Shown piece after piece: positions 13,061 through 25,439 of a stretch of DNA of 64,000 nucleotides (the first letter of the stretch is position 1; each line of letters starts with the position of its first letter). Origin of the DNA: Callorhinchus milii (Eukaryota); contig NW_024704742.1 in the NCBI RefSeq assembly GCF_018977255.1, forward strand, positions 41,046,001 to 41,110,000, given 5' to 3'. The translations under genes and the position numbers were made by a program. Below the pieces are notes generated by a model. It did not search any database and had not been told where the DNA came from. It saw nothing but the letters and a program-made list of their open reading frames with translations.

Positions 13061-14348
13061 ATACGTTCTAAATTCAGCAAAAATGTACATTCGCGAACAT
13101 GGTTTCAGTTCTCCATGAGGTGTACCAGGTTAATGAAAGTCTTTAGAGTAAAATTAAAATACAAATAATCCTTCTTATAATAAGTTGCCTCCTTAACATA
13201 AATAGTTAAAGCTTGCCAGACGGTGTTTTCAATGGTAAGCTATGTGGTTTTATCTGGTTAAACTCCAGCAGTACCCCAACCCACCCTCTGGGGTCCACAA
13301 GCCTTAGCTCTTGGGAACCTGCTTATCATGTTCTCCAGAATTAGATAAACAACAACAACACCTTATATTATATAGCGTCCTTCACATGGGTAGCATCTTG
13401 TGGAGTGCTTAAACAGGTGTGTCCCTCTGGGAAGAAACAGACTCCAGATTGTTAAACGTGGTGATGGGTTTCCATACATGTCCGACCGACCAACAAAAAA
13501 AACTTGAATAGAGGCAGTGAGGGGCACTGTGCTCAGAATCAATCTAGAAAATCAATAGACACTTTTCATTTGAGTTAACCCATGTGAGGTCTGCAGTGAT
13601 ATTTTATTGTACAAAATATAAGGAGATTAATATGGTTTATTCAAATGACACTGAACTCACTAAAACTCGCTCATTCGGAACACTTCTCCAAGCTACTATG
13701 AGTGTTCAAACTTAAAATCTGCATAAAATGATTTGACGATGATGTATCCAAGAAACGCATGCATTTTGAAAACTGAAAGCATTAAAATAGGATTGAATCA
13801 TCGTTTCAATGTCGTGTTGAGGTGGTATTGACAAAATATGTGCCTCCCCCAAGGCAATCAATATTTAAAAACAAAATTTCATGTTTAAATCATTGTTCCC
13901 AGTTCATCAGTAGCAACATTAATGTAGTAAAACAACTTGGATCATTTAAATTATTTTAGCAGCAAGAAAGATGGAAAGAGCATCAATGTAGCACAACTGG
14001 AAAAGGTGGGGGGGGGTGGGGGTGCCGGGGAGGGGTGCTTGTTGGTGTCTTTAATCTCTGCTACAGATTACTCTTAGGGAACATGCTTCGACACTACCCA
14101 CAACTCCCAAGCCACGAGCTGCCAATCAGTTGTCAAGCGGCAAAGCATCACTGCAGCTCCCATCACTGGGCTGTCAGCACCGTGGCTGATGTGCTCATTT
14201 CAGAGAGCCTACTCACGGCTGCCAGTCAACTCCTTTTCTCATCTAAGCTCTGGAAAGGGTTTGGTGTGAGGAGCAAAGAGTGTTTGAGCTCTCTTGAACC
14301 CAGCGAGTATTGGAATCCATAATAAGAACCTTTTGTTCAAAGAAATCC

Positions 14349-14363
14349 TGTGTGTGTGTTTGT

Positions 14364-14394
<31 letters not shown>

Positions 14395-14410
14395 GGGTGG
14401 GAGGGGTTAG
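14349..14410. repeat. (TG)n microsatellite joined to a poly-G run
   Basis: Directly visible. Confidence 0.95.
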
Positions 14411-14709
14411 GAAGGTATTGGTGGGCACCTTTTATTTGTTTATGAAGTGTAAATGGCAAGATTAAAAATATGGATGATGTAATGAGTCACAAAGGTAGGA
14501 AAAGAAGGATATTGAGAGCTGATGAAAATGCGTAGACAACTGGAGGGTTGGGAAATGATTAGCATTCATTATATGGCAATGTATTACATTGGTGCCAATG
14601 CATACATACATGCATACACACACACACCTGCATACATACATACATAGATTGGATAAAAGTAGGTTTAATGTTGTCTTCTTTTCCTCTTTAGGTTTTCCAG
14701 CACACTAAA

Positions 14710-15000
14710 AATAATCCTTGCATTTGATATAGCACTGTATCACATCATTGAAATGTCTCAAAGCTCTTCACATGATTTTTACTGTATATTTGTGGGTCCA
14801 CCCAGCAGCCGATTTGCACACAGCAGTATCTCACAAACAGCCTTGAAAGGACTGACCAATTTTATTTTGGGGGGATGGTTGGCCAGGACACGAGGAGAAC
14901 TATACCTTAGGTTCTTCAAAGTCTACCGGAACAGGTAGATAGGATCTCAAATTAAGATCTCATTTGAAGTACAGCACCTCCAACAATGCAGCACATCAAC
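14710..15000 (-). mobile_element. Older Deu-domain SINE
   Basis: L2-type tail, Deu core, acagcacctccaacaatgcagcac segment on the plus strand. Confidence 0.75.
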
Positions 15001-15199
15001 TCCCCGCCACCACACACACACACACACATACTCCTGTGCATCATTTCATAAAATAGAAAAGCTGAAGCCTGTTCACTGAGATCAACAGCAGCAGCCACCA
15101 AGAAGTGGAGAGGAGCTGTCATGGTGACGTGTTCTCAGATGGTTTCTCTCTGCTTTGTGTGTGTGAATGGGAAGAGGACCATTTGCCGTCCTCTACCAG

Positions 15200-15475
15200 C
15201 AAGGCTCAAATCTAGAACTTATTTAACTTAACCACAAAAAGAATTATAAGAAGAAAAATCGCAATATTGTTACAAAGAGAGTGGCTGGAATGTGAAATTC
15301 TGTCACAAACTGCTGTTGAGGCAAAGTGCATCAGTGATTTTAAAAAGAGCGTTAGATAAGATACTTGAAACAGAAAAAAATATTGAAGGGAACAAGCAGG
15401 AAAGTGGTTTAAAACTAGTAGTAGACTAGGTGGCTCATTTAGAGAAAAAACCTCAAGGAATACTTGATTGGCTGA
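15200..15475 (+). mobile_element. CR1 3' fragment (its terminus continues at ~15775-15810)
   Basis: acaaagagagtggctggaatgtgaaattc..gagcgttagataagatacttg; terminal tgtgctgtagattctctgatt after the SINE. Confidence 0.7.
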
Positions 15476-15772
15476 ATAATAATAATCATTGCATTTGATA
15501 TAGCACTTTTCACATCTTCTAGACGTCTCACAGTGCTTCCAGAATAGACTGTAAAGTGAATTGACTATATTTGTGGGTGAAACACGGCAGCCAATTGCGC
15601 ACAGCAGTGTCCCACAAACAGTTGTGGATTGAAGTGACCAATTTATTATTTTTTTGAGGGATTATTGTCCCCAGAAAAGCGATCCATCAATCGACTAACA
15701 GCCGGGTTCCTACTTACCACTAGGTAAACAGAGGCATGAGGAGTAAGGAAACTTGCCCAACATTTCACCCTG
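15476..15772 (-). mobile_element. tRNA-Ala SINE, long form, 5'-truncated
   Basis: Reverse complement of the young SINE body and tail. Confidence 0.9.
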
Positions 15773-16994
15773 CAAAATGCCCTCTTTATGTGCTGTAGAT
15801 TCTCTGATTATCATGTTTGGAATTGTGCTTTTAAATTGCTTCCTATCTCACAACCCTCACAACCTGCCACCATCAGCAGATACCCTTGTATATGTGTAAC
15901 ATTTATGCACAGTCTTTAGCCTCAATTTACACTTATTTTATTGTGGCCGCAGTAATCCTGTCACACTTCAATTCAAGCCCATTCATTTAGTAATTAATGT
16001 ACAGTAGTGGCACACTCTGTCTTCATAATCTACACAAGTGGTTACAAACAGTCCAGTGCATTCTAATCACCTGAAATTTATAGATCATTTGCAGCTGAAG
16101 ATACAGTACATTCAAATTCATTTAGAAATGAAAAACGTATGGGAAAGTGCCACAAAGCTTTCCGATTAACAGCATGACCAGCCTGCAGAGACTGGGCCTG
16201 AGCTGTGAATTAACCGTCCTGATTGACAGTTGATGAAGCATATGGGACTCATTAACATATTTCATAGCCACTGTGCAAAGCGCTGCATTATACAGCACTT
16301 AAGATAGTGCTGGGTAATATGCTAATACACTTGTTATTAATGCACTCTGTTACTGCACAGGTTTTACAATACGTCTGGAGCTTTTGGAGAATAAAGTGAG
16401 GGGCAGCTCCCTGAATGCTCTGAGACGATTTCGACCGTAACTTCTGATAAACAATGTCAAACCTCAACTATGCAAAACATTGGAACCCTTTTAAACAATT
16501 ACGTTGACTGAAACAGAATAAATGATTCTACTGACACCAGTAATAACGTGAACCAATTCATCAATATTCCTTGGAAACTCAATTCCGTCGTACCTTTGGT
16601 ATTGCCAAGATTTCTACAGTGACACCACAGATCCCCAAAACACATCTTAATATAACATTTCTTACCAAATAATTCCCTCTGGCTCAAAAAGATATGACCC
16701 CTCACAGACAGCAAACCACGAAAGCTTGGCATTTCCCATTACCAATTATTAACTGTGCCCTTTCTTCAGACCTCTACACAGTTCTATGGATTACACCAAC
16801 CATCTTTCCTTTAGTGACTACCCGTGGGTTAATCACACAGTACAGTGCAGCTAATTGTGTCCAACATAATCAGGAAGTAGAGATTATCAATTGGCAGTGA
16901 GTGCTCACACACAAAACACAAAAGAGTAAAGCAGTATTGGATCCCAGACTAAATGAGTGAAATTTATTCCCTGTGGCTAACAGACCATCATGAT

Positions 16995-17140
16995 AATATT
17001 AATAATCCTTGCATTTGATTTAGCACCTTATCACGTCTTCGAGACGTCTCAAAGCGCTTCACAGAATATACTATAAAGTGGATTGACTGTGTATTTTGTG
17101 GGCGAAACACGGCAGCCAATTGTGCAGTGTCCCACAAACA
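16995..17140 (-). mobile_element. SINE 3' half
   Basis: Reverse complement of core and tail. Confidence 0.88.
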
Positions 17141-17419
17141 GAAAAAAAACATGGGATATGTAAAGGCAGTGCAGTTCCCCACCAGGGAAAGTGGCGACAG
17201 AATCAATTGAGGAATTGTTTTGTAAGTGTGTTGTGCTATGTTTGCTAATCACATAAACCATGTTTACATATCAAATATCCTAATTTACATCGGAGTGCTT
17301 TATGTAAATCAAAACACTGGCGATGAAAATGCAGTTTTCGTAACAGTAGTGCTCATATGCAGTAATTGTAAGCTTCGATGAGGGGGAAAGGGTCGCAGGA
17401 GACAGCTAAGTTTTTGTTT

Positions 17420-17850
17420 ACCTAAGGACATATAGGACAAAGTGGTGGATGGTGAGAGATTTTTTTTGAGAGGGAACAGACATTTTGAAGGGCAATAGAA
17501 ACAGGAGCAATGATGGGGGAGTTAGTGAGGGAGGACACCGAAGGGGGTTCAGAAATAAGTTGTAGTTTGTGGGGGGGACTGGCAGCAATGGAATTTGCGG
17601 AGGGGTTGGGGCGGTGAATCGGAAAGGGTGGGGATGTGGATGAGGCGGAGAGTGTTCTCCTGGGAGGTGGAAATGACAAGGCTTACGAGAGAGACTGGGA
17701 TGGGACAGACAGGTGGCTGCAGAACAGCCATTGAGTACCATAATGAACCCAGGGGAGGATGCCCAGGCTGGAACAGAAGAAGGCTGAGGAGGCAAGGTAG
17801 GAGACAAGTGAGTGGGAGGAGCGAAGGGTGGGGAGTAGAACCGTGGCATT
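17420..17850 (-). mobile_element. L2 LINE 5' region including the start of the APE endonuclease
   Basis: Pyrimidine-rich minus strand; translation PVSIALQNVCSLSKK resembles the L2 ORF2 N-terminal ..LQNVRSL.NK motif. Confidence 0.6.
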
Positions 17851-18917
17851 TTGGGAGGGGGTGGCTCAGGTCAGGTACAGCAGCCAAAACTAACACTGAC
17901 TTCCCAATGAAGTGGAATATACACATCCACTGCAGCACAGAGATCTACTCGAATAGTACACTGGGGATTTACCACAATATTAAATTACGCTGATGGCACA
18001 AACACCTCACTCAATGACAAATCTCCTATTTAGACTGCAGTTCACAAGAGAAGGTACACTAAATGATTTGACTGGACATTAATTGCCTTTTGCCCTCCGG
18101 CTTTTGTGCCTTGGTGACTGATAAGACAACTAACAAATCTGATACCTGACAACATGAATGGACTTAATCACACCATATCAGTTGTCCTTATCATTGCTGC
18201 AGGGTGTCATTTTAGGACCTTTGGAGAATTATCGGTGGCTTTTAAAGCAGTGAAGTGAACACTGTCAACACTGATGCCCAGTGAGCCTTTTATTAACAGC
18301 AAAGAAGTCACGCTGTTATCACTATAATAATGATCTGTTCTTGCCAGCCATTGTAAAATGATGCTATTGCCGCAATTGCTTATCCCCCTATCTTACATCA
18401 ATCACCATGTAACACCCTTGGTGCTTTGGTGTTCTGTAACTCTAGCCACTTGCTTTTATTCGGAATAGACACTGATAGATGCTGAATGATTCACTGAAAA
18501 TTAAACTCAGCATCAACATACAAGCCAAATGAGAATTCAGACTCCTTGTGCCTATCAACCAGGTCTGGTGTACAGTAGAACTCAGATTAATAGAGTTCTC
18601 CAAGATAAACAAAGGGGCTGTGAAGCACAACGCTGGAGTCATCAAATATTGTACCTACAAGCGACAATTATTGGAGGATATTCAAGAGTTTTTCGTAAAT
18701 GTGAGAAAGAGAGAGAGAGAGGAAAGAGAGAGTGACTCACATATGCAATGCACTTGGGCTATGCTTTCGGGAGGGAGGGAGAAGGTCGTGAGCAGGCAGT
18801 TCATGAGCTGAGTGCACCCTCTGGATGCTGAATTTCTGGACTGTCCTGGAGTAGGATTGTCTGAGGTCAAGAACTCGGCCAAACTGGCAGTGTGGGGTCA
18901 AGCTTCTGACACAGAGA

Positions 18918-19055
18918 AGGGTTCCTACTTACTGCTAGGTAAACAGAGGATTGTGGAGTAAGGAAACTTGCCCAACATTTCGTGCTTCCTGGGAATCCAA
19001 CCCAGGTCCTCTCGCTTGCGAGGTGAATGCTCTGACCGCTAAGCTACAGGACTCC
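18918..19055 (-). mobile_element. tRNA-Ala SINE 5' half (long form)
   Basis: Reverse complement of the GGAGTCCTGTAGC head through GTAAGTAGGAACCC. Confidence 0.88.
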
Positions 19056-19429
19056 ACATACATATGTGGTACATGCATTGTGAAACTCTCAGTCTGGTTT
19101 GGATACTCTCAAGCATAGTAACGGTTTTCCACACATGTCAGACACCTGGCTGACCAAAACAAAAGCAAAACTAGAACTGTATTCTGCATCAGAATCATTT
19201 AAAATATTTTTTTGAAAAATTGGAAGGATTCTTTTAAGTCTTCCACTTAACACTAAATACAGGGAAAAAGACCTGATTGCAGGAATGCTAATGATAGGCC
19301 CATTATAGAATATTGTCTTAATTTTCCTTATGAAACTTTGCTAATATCATTGTTAATATCACTATTATTATAACAGTAGAATAATGGGCAACAAACCTAA
19401 ACCTAATTTTTTCAGTTTTTGTTTCAATT

Positions 19430-19830
19430 AGTTCTCTTTCCTACCCTGAAGGTATCCAACTCCCGCTGGAGCTACATTACACAAGTAGTGTTCACCCTTC
19501 AGCACATCACCCAAATGACCATTACCCACATGTGAGCCTCGACAGGAAGTGTCGACAGGACATTCAACCTCATGGGCAGCATATCAGAGTAAGCTCCTGT
19601 CGTCGCCTGACATCCACACACCATCCAGGAGGGGTGACTGAGTAGCAGTCAGGAGCGGAACTAGATCGACTTTTCCCTTCTCAAAATTGCTGTATTGAAA
19701 CCAACTGCAGCTCCTTTACTGCTGACCTGGCTGAGATTAGTAACGCAACACAGATCAAGTTTTGAACCTGTGACTTTTCATTGTGTAACTTAGCTACTGA
19801 ATGAATAAACTCACTGAGCCATCAGAGGCC
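19430..19830 (-). mobile_element. Old tRNA-derived SINE of a second family (unclassified family A)
   Basis: Minus strand begins ggcctctgatggctcagtgag (A-box-like), then caggttcaaaact (B-box-like); body similar to copies at 20590, 25440 and 47610. Confidence 0.6.
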
Positions 19831-20411
19831 TAAAAATGCTCTTTAAGCCCATTGCCTTAAAATATAAAATTATGCAGATTTTTTTCACTAATCTTTTTAA
19901 TTCAGTTGTTTTGTAGAACTGCAGAAAATTGGTTTCTAAATTCAAAATTTTCCCCCAAATTTTAATAGCCTTGAATTTAATGGCTATGGTTTTAGGATTA
20001 AAATTATAAGACATTTCTGGTCCGAAAATATCATCTGGATATTTGGATTCCATGTATTTTTTAAGAAAGAAGAAAGAAATACTTATAAAATATTTCTCAA
20101 ATTGAAAATAGATTCACAATCATCGTAAAAAGAATGAACAATGAAGAACCACATACAAGCCTGGCAAGTCATGCCAGGTCAAAATAAAAATAACTACACC
20201 CAATAAATGTTTAATGCTGTTTAAAAAAAAAGAACTTTGCAGTAGGTACCTCAGAAGAAAATAAGGACTATTAAAGTTGTTTTTTTGCCTTCAAAATAAA
20301 ATTCTGTTTTCTTTTCTTTGGATGGGGGTGAGATCTTATTTTTAACTTTTGCACCGCCTCCCCTGGGTAAATTCTGTGAAATTTGAGATTTATTTTAGAA
20401 GATTAAAAAAA

Positions 20412-20573
20412 GTGGTTGTTTAATCCACGACTCTCTGTGGGACACTGCTGTGCGCAATTGCCACAATTCGCTTACAAAATATACAGTTACTTTACAGTAT
20501 ATTTCTGTGAAGCGCTTTGAGATGCTTCAAAGTCGTGATAAGGCACTATATCAAATACAAGGATTATTATTAT
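20412..20573 (+). mobile_element. SINE 3' half
   Basis: aatccacgactctctgtgggacactgctgtgcgcaattgcc...ggattattatt. Confidence 0.88.
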
Positions 20574-20589
20574 CAAAACATCTCTCTAC

Positions 20590-20930
20590 GAGCAGGGTCA
20601 ATGGTGTAGAGCTGCACCTTATGGACTGGGAGATCTCTGGTTAGAATCCCGGTCCATGGTGAGTTTGCTGGTCTCAACTGTCTAAGAAAACAATTTAACA
20701 GGATCAGGGGGAGAAAAGTCAGCCTGATTCCTGGTACCGGTCCCAATCCCTCTTCAGCACCTGATGGTTGTGCATGTCTGTAGCAGCCAGGTGATGAAAG
20801 GCAAGGCTTGACTGTGAAAACCTCTACAATCGAGTGGTCTGCTGCCATACGTGAATAATGGACCACGGACAGGGTACTAAAGGGCAACAAGCACTGGTGG
20901 AACTGTTCCCCGGAGGAGGAGGTTGGGGAC
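20590..20930 (+). mobile_element. Old SINE, family A
   Basis: B-box-like ggttagaatccc; gcttgactgtga...ggaactgttcccc segment shared with 19430 and 47610 copies. Confidence 0.55.
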
Positions 20931-22436
20931 CAGGGACAATATTTTTAAAATTGCCTTTTCTAAATCAAGCCAGATAGTAACAAAGCGGTAACTGGATTTT
21001 TAAAAAGCACTTTCTCAGATCAAGGCAACAAATCCGATTGATTATTTTTGCGGTCTAAGAAATAGACATCACAAATTGAAACCAGACACTTGGGCTGACT
21101 ATTCCACTCCCTGCTGAGCTGATCAACCATGAGGTCAGTAAGCATGTGGGGTGCCAATGGACATTGTTTTGAAAGGGAGATTGTGACACTGGTTTCAATG
21201 GCTCAGGAAACATTGATTAACAACTCTGATCAAGTGTGCTCACAGACAACATACCACTGTTGCCTCCAAACGAAACTCTAAATGAATGGTCTCCAGGCCA
21301 CAGATTGCACTCTATCCAACAATGCTAATTGTCCGCAATGTCCTGTCTCTGTTGTGTTGGGTGTCCTACACACTTCTGTTTAGTGTTGAGTGTAGGGTGG
21401 AGTCTGAGAGAGGAGAGTTCTGTGAAGAGCGGACCATGGGCAGAGAGGAAAAATAGGAAAAGGGAGACTGCTTGGAAAGTCTGCTCCAGAAACTGGAGAC
21501 ACCAGACCCTCCAGAAATGTAGCAGTGAACAAAGAGCTAAAGTAATATCTCTCCCTGTACCAGTCATTTGCTTTCTTTCAAGCACTTGTATCAACGACGT
21601 ACTGTAAATCTTCCATCTCTGTGAATATCTCTGTTAATTAAAATTCAGTGGAAAACTGCCAATCGATTCAGTCTTCATAATTACAACAGTCTCTGAATTA
21701 GACTGAAATTGTGAACTATTTTTGAAAAAATACTAAATCCTGTAGCGTTAATATCGTCCTCACAGGTGCCCATGCTGAGCAAGACAATTGTGTAGAACTT
21801 GCCCACACCCAGGGGACGGAGTTTGGGATATGCACCAAAAATGGATGCGTGAAGGAAGCAATGTGAATGAGTGTCAAAAACTTGCCTCATTGCACTGCAT
21901 TGCCGGTAACAGGAGAGCATGCGCATCACAATTGGTATTGGGGTGAGGAACGTTTCAGATGCACACACATTGCTGACATCAAATAAAATGGGAAACTTGG
22001 GGGTTTAAAAATGAAATTCAGGTGAAAATCATTTTTTAAAAAGTTCACTACAAAAATTATTGGTGAACTTTTTTTTCTTAAAATGCATTGGCCCTTAAGA
22101 ATAGAGAAGACAGGCACTTGAATAATTAACAAGAGTATAAAAACTCTGATGGAGTATCACTGCCTGCAAATGTTTTTTATAAAGTTACACATTTGATGTC
22201 ATTGTGAGCCACAACGTAGTTATAATTTTGTACATTTAACGAATCATTCGTTGTTTTTTTCAAAAGTGGCCGCATCAGTCAGGTCGATAATACCTACTGG
22301 CGCCTTGGACACACTACATTGATTTACCATCATTTTGACAGGACTGATGAAATACAATTTCAGTATGAATTCAAACTGGTGGCACGAAGGGGACTACATG
22401 CCAAGTGAGGTGTCATTGCAATGACAGACTCACACT

Positions 22437-22659
22437 GGGGTCTATTATGCACCATGTGTTAACTAACCATGTGCAAACTCATGAGGACAGAGGGATTACA
22501 GCTGGCTTTAATTCTGTAACTTTTAGTACAAAGGACTAGTTACTTACATAATTGTAAAAAAAATTGATTAGTTATGAATTGCATATTTTAGGGCATCTGT
22601 AATTAATTCCTCTGTGCACTTGCATTTACACATGGTTTACATAATGTATAATGGATGCC
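22437..22659. mobile_element. Palindromic MITE-like element (family M2)
   Basis: Ends ggggtctattatgcaccatgtg... and ...acacatggtttacataatgtataatggatgcc are imperfect inverted repeats; second copy at 45352-45553. Confidence 0.55.
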
Positions 22660-22768
22660 ACTGTGTTGGTAAGCAAATTTAAAGAACAATATTTAGCCTG
22701 GAATGCCCCAGCCAAAGATGCAGTGGAGCACATTACTGCTGTTTAAGTCAGGTAAAGTGGTTTCTTAC

Positions 22769-22871
22769 TGTATCTCTTTGGTCCATCTTCCAAACAGAAT
22801 GAAAGTGTTAATGTAGCGTCATCTTCAAAAAACTCTGTAGCAAAGGCGTCCCACCACAGGTTGTCACTGTC
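22769..22871 (-). CDS. LDB2: Internal coding exon (probably exon 2) of LIM domain-binding protein 2, dimerisation-domain region
   Basis: Minus strand reads ...tttgtctgcag|GAC AGT GAC AAC CTG TGG TGG GAC GCC TTT GCT ACA GAG TTT TTT GAA GAT GAC GCT ACA TTA ACA CTT TCA TTC TGT TTG GAA GAT GGA CCA AAG AGA TAC A|gtaagaa = DSDNLWWDAFATEFFEDDATLTLSFCLEDGPKRY(T); 103 nt, phase 0 to phase 1. As I recall the paralogues, DSDN/FATE/ATLTLSF match LDB2 rather than LDB1 (ECDN/FTTE/AMLTITF). Confidence 0.96.
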
Positions 22872-22910
22872 CTGCAGACAAAGAATTTCCCAAAAGGAAA
22901 AGAATCAGTG
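22872..22910 (-). other. LDB2: 3' splice site of the upstream LDB2 intron (branch point, pyrimidine tract, CAG)
   Basis: Minus strand cactgattcttttccttttgggaaattctttgtctgcag directly precedes the exon; CTGAT fits the YTNAY branch consensus. Confidence 0.85.
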
Positions 22911-23731
22911 CCCATTGCCCAACTGAATTAGCTACAATTAATCTCAATTTATGGCAATTTTACATGTAAAACTCAGTTGTCTGGGTTACGCTTGTTCTGA
23001 AAAGCATTGGTTCTTTCCAAACCTGCACTTAATTCTCTCCGGAATTGGGTACAAAGAATGCGTCCTCCAGGGAGAGAGTGCATATTCCATTCCAGACACA
23101 GGGTAATCTTCATATGTAAATGGGATACATATGTGCGCAGATTATTATTACATGTTACTATTAATTAAAGTTCTGTCTAATTTGGGGCATTTCTTTCCTG
23201 AACTCTTTCACAGAATTCCCATTGCCTCCCGGGAACCATGCTCTGCAAGCAGATTGCATTCAGCGGAGTTCTTGCATGTCAGGATGATGTTCCTGCAATT
23301 ACCTGAGAGAGTCCCCATATACATAACTCAGCGAAGAAACCCCAGTAAGAAATATGACAAATTGGATCATATTGTGCATTCATTTCAGTTATTCCAATCT
23401 TCATACTAGTTTTTATTTGCAATTCACATTAGCACTATTTGTCTCATTTTAAAGTTAATTTTTTCCCTTCTTTAGGTCCCTTCCCAAGCTTCATACCATG
23501 GTCAATGAAGACAGCGCAATAGTACAAAGCAGGCCTGAATTTGGCTCAAACTAACAATCTGAACCAAATTCAGCTATTGATTTCCCGCCCCACTCCACGC
23601 ACTGTCAACTTCTGTGACATTGATATTGCAGAGAAGAGTGCAACCAAGTGCACATTACAACAAACTACAATCATCTAATTTTAGCCACCGCCTAGGCATT
23701 TCTAGACAATATTAATGACAATTAATATTGT

Positions 23732-24043
23732 GGAGTCCTGTAGCTCAGTGGTTAGAGCACTCGCCTCGCAAGCGAGATACTTGGGCTCGATTCCCGGTAG
23801 GGTGAAACGTTGGGCAAGCTTCCTTACTCCACACACCTGATAATAATCCCTCAAGAAAAAAAAACAATAATAATTTGGTCACTTCAATCCACGACTATCT
23901 GGGACACTGCTGTGCGCAATTGGCTGCCGCGTTTCACTCACAAATATACAGTCAATTCACTTTACAGTATATTCTGTGAAGCGTTTGAGACGTCTAGAAG
24001 ACGTGAAAAGCGCTATATCAAATGAAAGGATTATGATTATTAT
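23732..24043 (+). mobile_element. tRNA-Ala SINE, short form, full length
   Basis: Complete head (anticodon-position CGC), core and tail. Confidence 0.93.
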
Positions 24044-24200
24044 AATAATCCTTGCATTTCATATAGGGTCTTATTATCTTTTCAAATTGACTCAAAATGT
24101 TTGCCTGTAAAGTGTAGTGACTGTGTATTTGTAGGCAAACTAGGTAGCCAATTTGTGCACATCACTGTCCCACAAACAACCATGAGGTGAACAACCATTT
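24044..24200 (-). mobile_element. Older SINE 3' half, tail-to-tail with the preceding copy
   Basis: aataatccttgcatttcatatag...gtcccacaaaca. Confidence 0.8.
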
Positions 24201-25439
24201 TTTATCTGGGGGAATTATTATCTGGGAGACAATTAGAATGTGTTCACAACACAAGAATTTCCATGTGTAGTTGGTATGCATGGAATTCCCAATGTGGATA
24301 CTCTTAAGCATGGTGCTAGGTTTCCGTGTATCAAACATCCGGCAGACAATTTTGTTTTTCATACACATCAAACACTTTGTCTCTTAAAAGAACTCTCAGA
24401 AAACTAGGTTCAAAATCAAATTGTATTTAAGAATTTGCCAAATTTTGGGCAATTTAAAATGCTATGTTGAAAGAATAAATCGAGAACAGGTGGAATTTCT
24501 ACCCCAAGATCACTTTATGGTACACCAATACAGAGAACAGTATTTCAACAGAACTTTTTTGTTTGAGGGGTGGGGGGGATGGGAGGGGTTTTGTAAATGT
24601 TCAAGTCATCCATCACATATGAACTGACAATTCCTGTGGAACGCCACTCCTTATCTTGAAAAAGGAGCTGCTTCAATCTGCATCAGATTTCATTACTGAG
24701 GCTTTGCACATCTTCTGAACAAGATTCTCTGGGAGAGAATTTAAAAAAAAAACTCCTGAAGAGCAGAAGAACATTAGAATATCTCTATTTGCCATATTTC
24801 CCTCTGGACCTCGCATAACTGGCTTGGCTCTCTAATTAATTAGCTGTGTCTGGGAAATGTCCCGTCTTCTCCTCAGGAACATTTCACCCGAAATTATCGC
24901 ATCATGTTCAAACTGGACATGCAGGCAACCAACAAGCCTAAGCAATAAAACGAATGCACCCAAATAACACCTCATTGATGTTTTACTAAAAGCTGTCATT
25001 TATAACACTGCAGCGCATCAATCCTTGCCATGAACAGTTATTTTTATCTTCTTTTAATGTGGAAGAAAATGCACAGGAAACTGTTCCTTATTACTGTTCC
25101 TGTGATTGTTACCTCAGTTCCTCCGATGAATTTTACTCTCCTGGAGAGCAGCATCATTCTGCTGGGTGCTGGTACGAGACAAGTTGATACAAATTTGCCC
25201 CCTAAGTGCTATACTGCTTCTCTACACAAACTACAATCATTAGCAAAGAGGACAACAGCAAAAACTCAAATTTCCCTGATTTTTATTAATGCTAGGCACA
25301 TTTACTTTGCCAGCAATTGCTTCTCATACAAATGTCATATTAAAGATTGTGCAGTGAATTGCTTGTGAAAAATGGGTTATAAACTTCTATTGTGTAAATA
25401 GATCAGGGTCTGTTTCTTTATATATTTCTTCTTGCCCAT

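Larger units (their letters stand above)
1..22768 (-). other. LDB2: LDB2 intron downstream of the exon (partial)
   Basis: Starts with GTAAG donor at 22768-22764; next exon (expected IGRTLIPRYF...) not seen in the window. Confidence 0.75.

Noticed and set aside
17418..17993. Overlapping Pro-rich and Gly/Arg-rich ORFs
   Set aside because: Explained by the strand-skewed composition of an L2 5' region.
22343..22376. Hammerhead ribozyme at ctgatgaaatac...gtatgaat
   Set aside because: Has GAAT rather than GAAA, and no stems I and III. Other CTGATGA sites (~25760, ~41917, ~49649) also lack the second core.
23732..23805. tRNA-Ala gene (also 3476, 44394, 48811, 57341)
   Set aside because: Each runs straight into a SINE body and tail and has mismatched acceptor or T stems; these are SINE heads.
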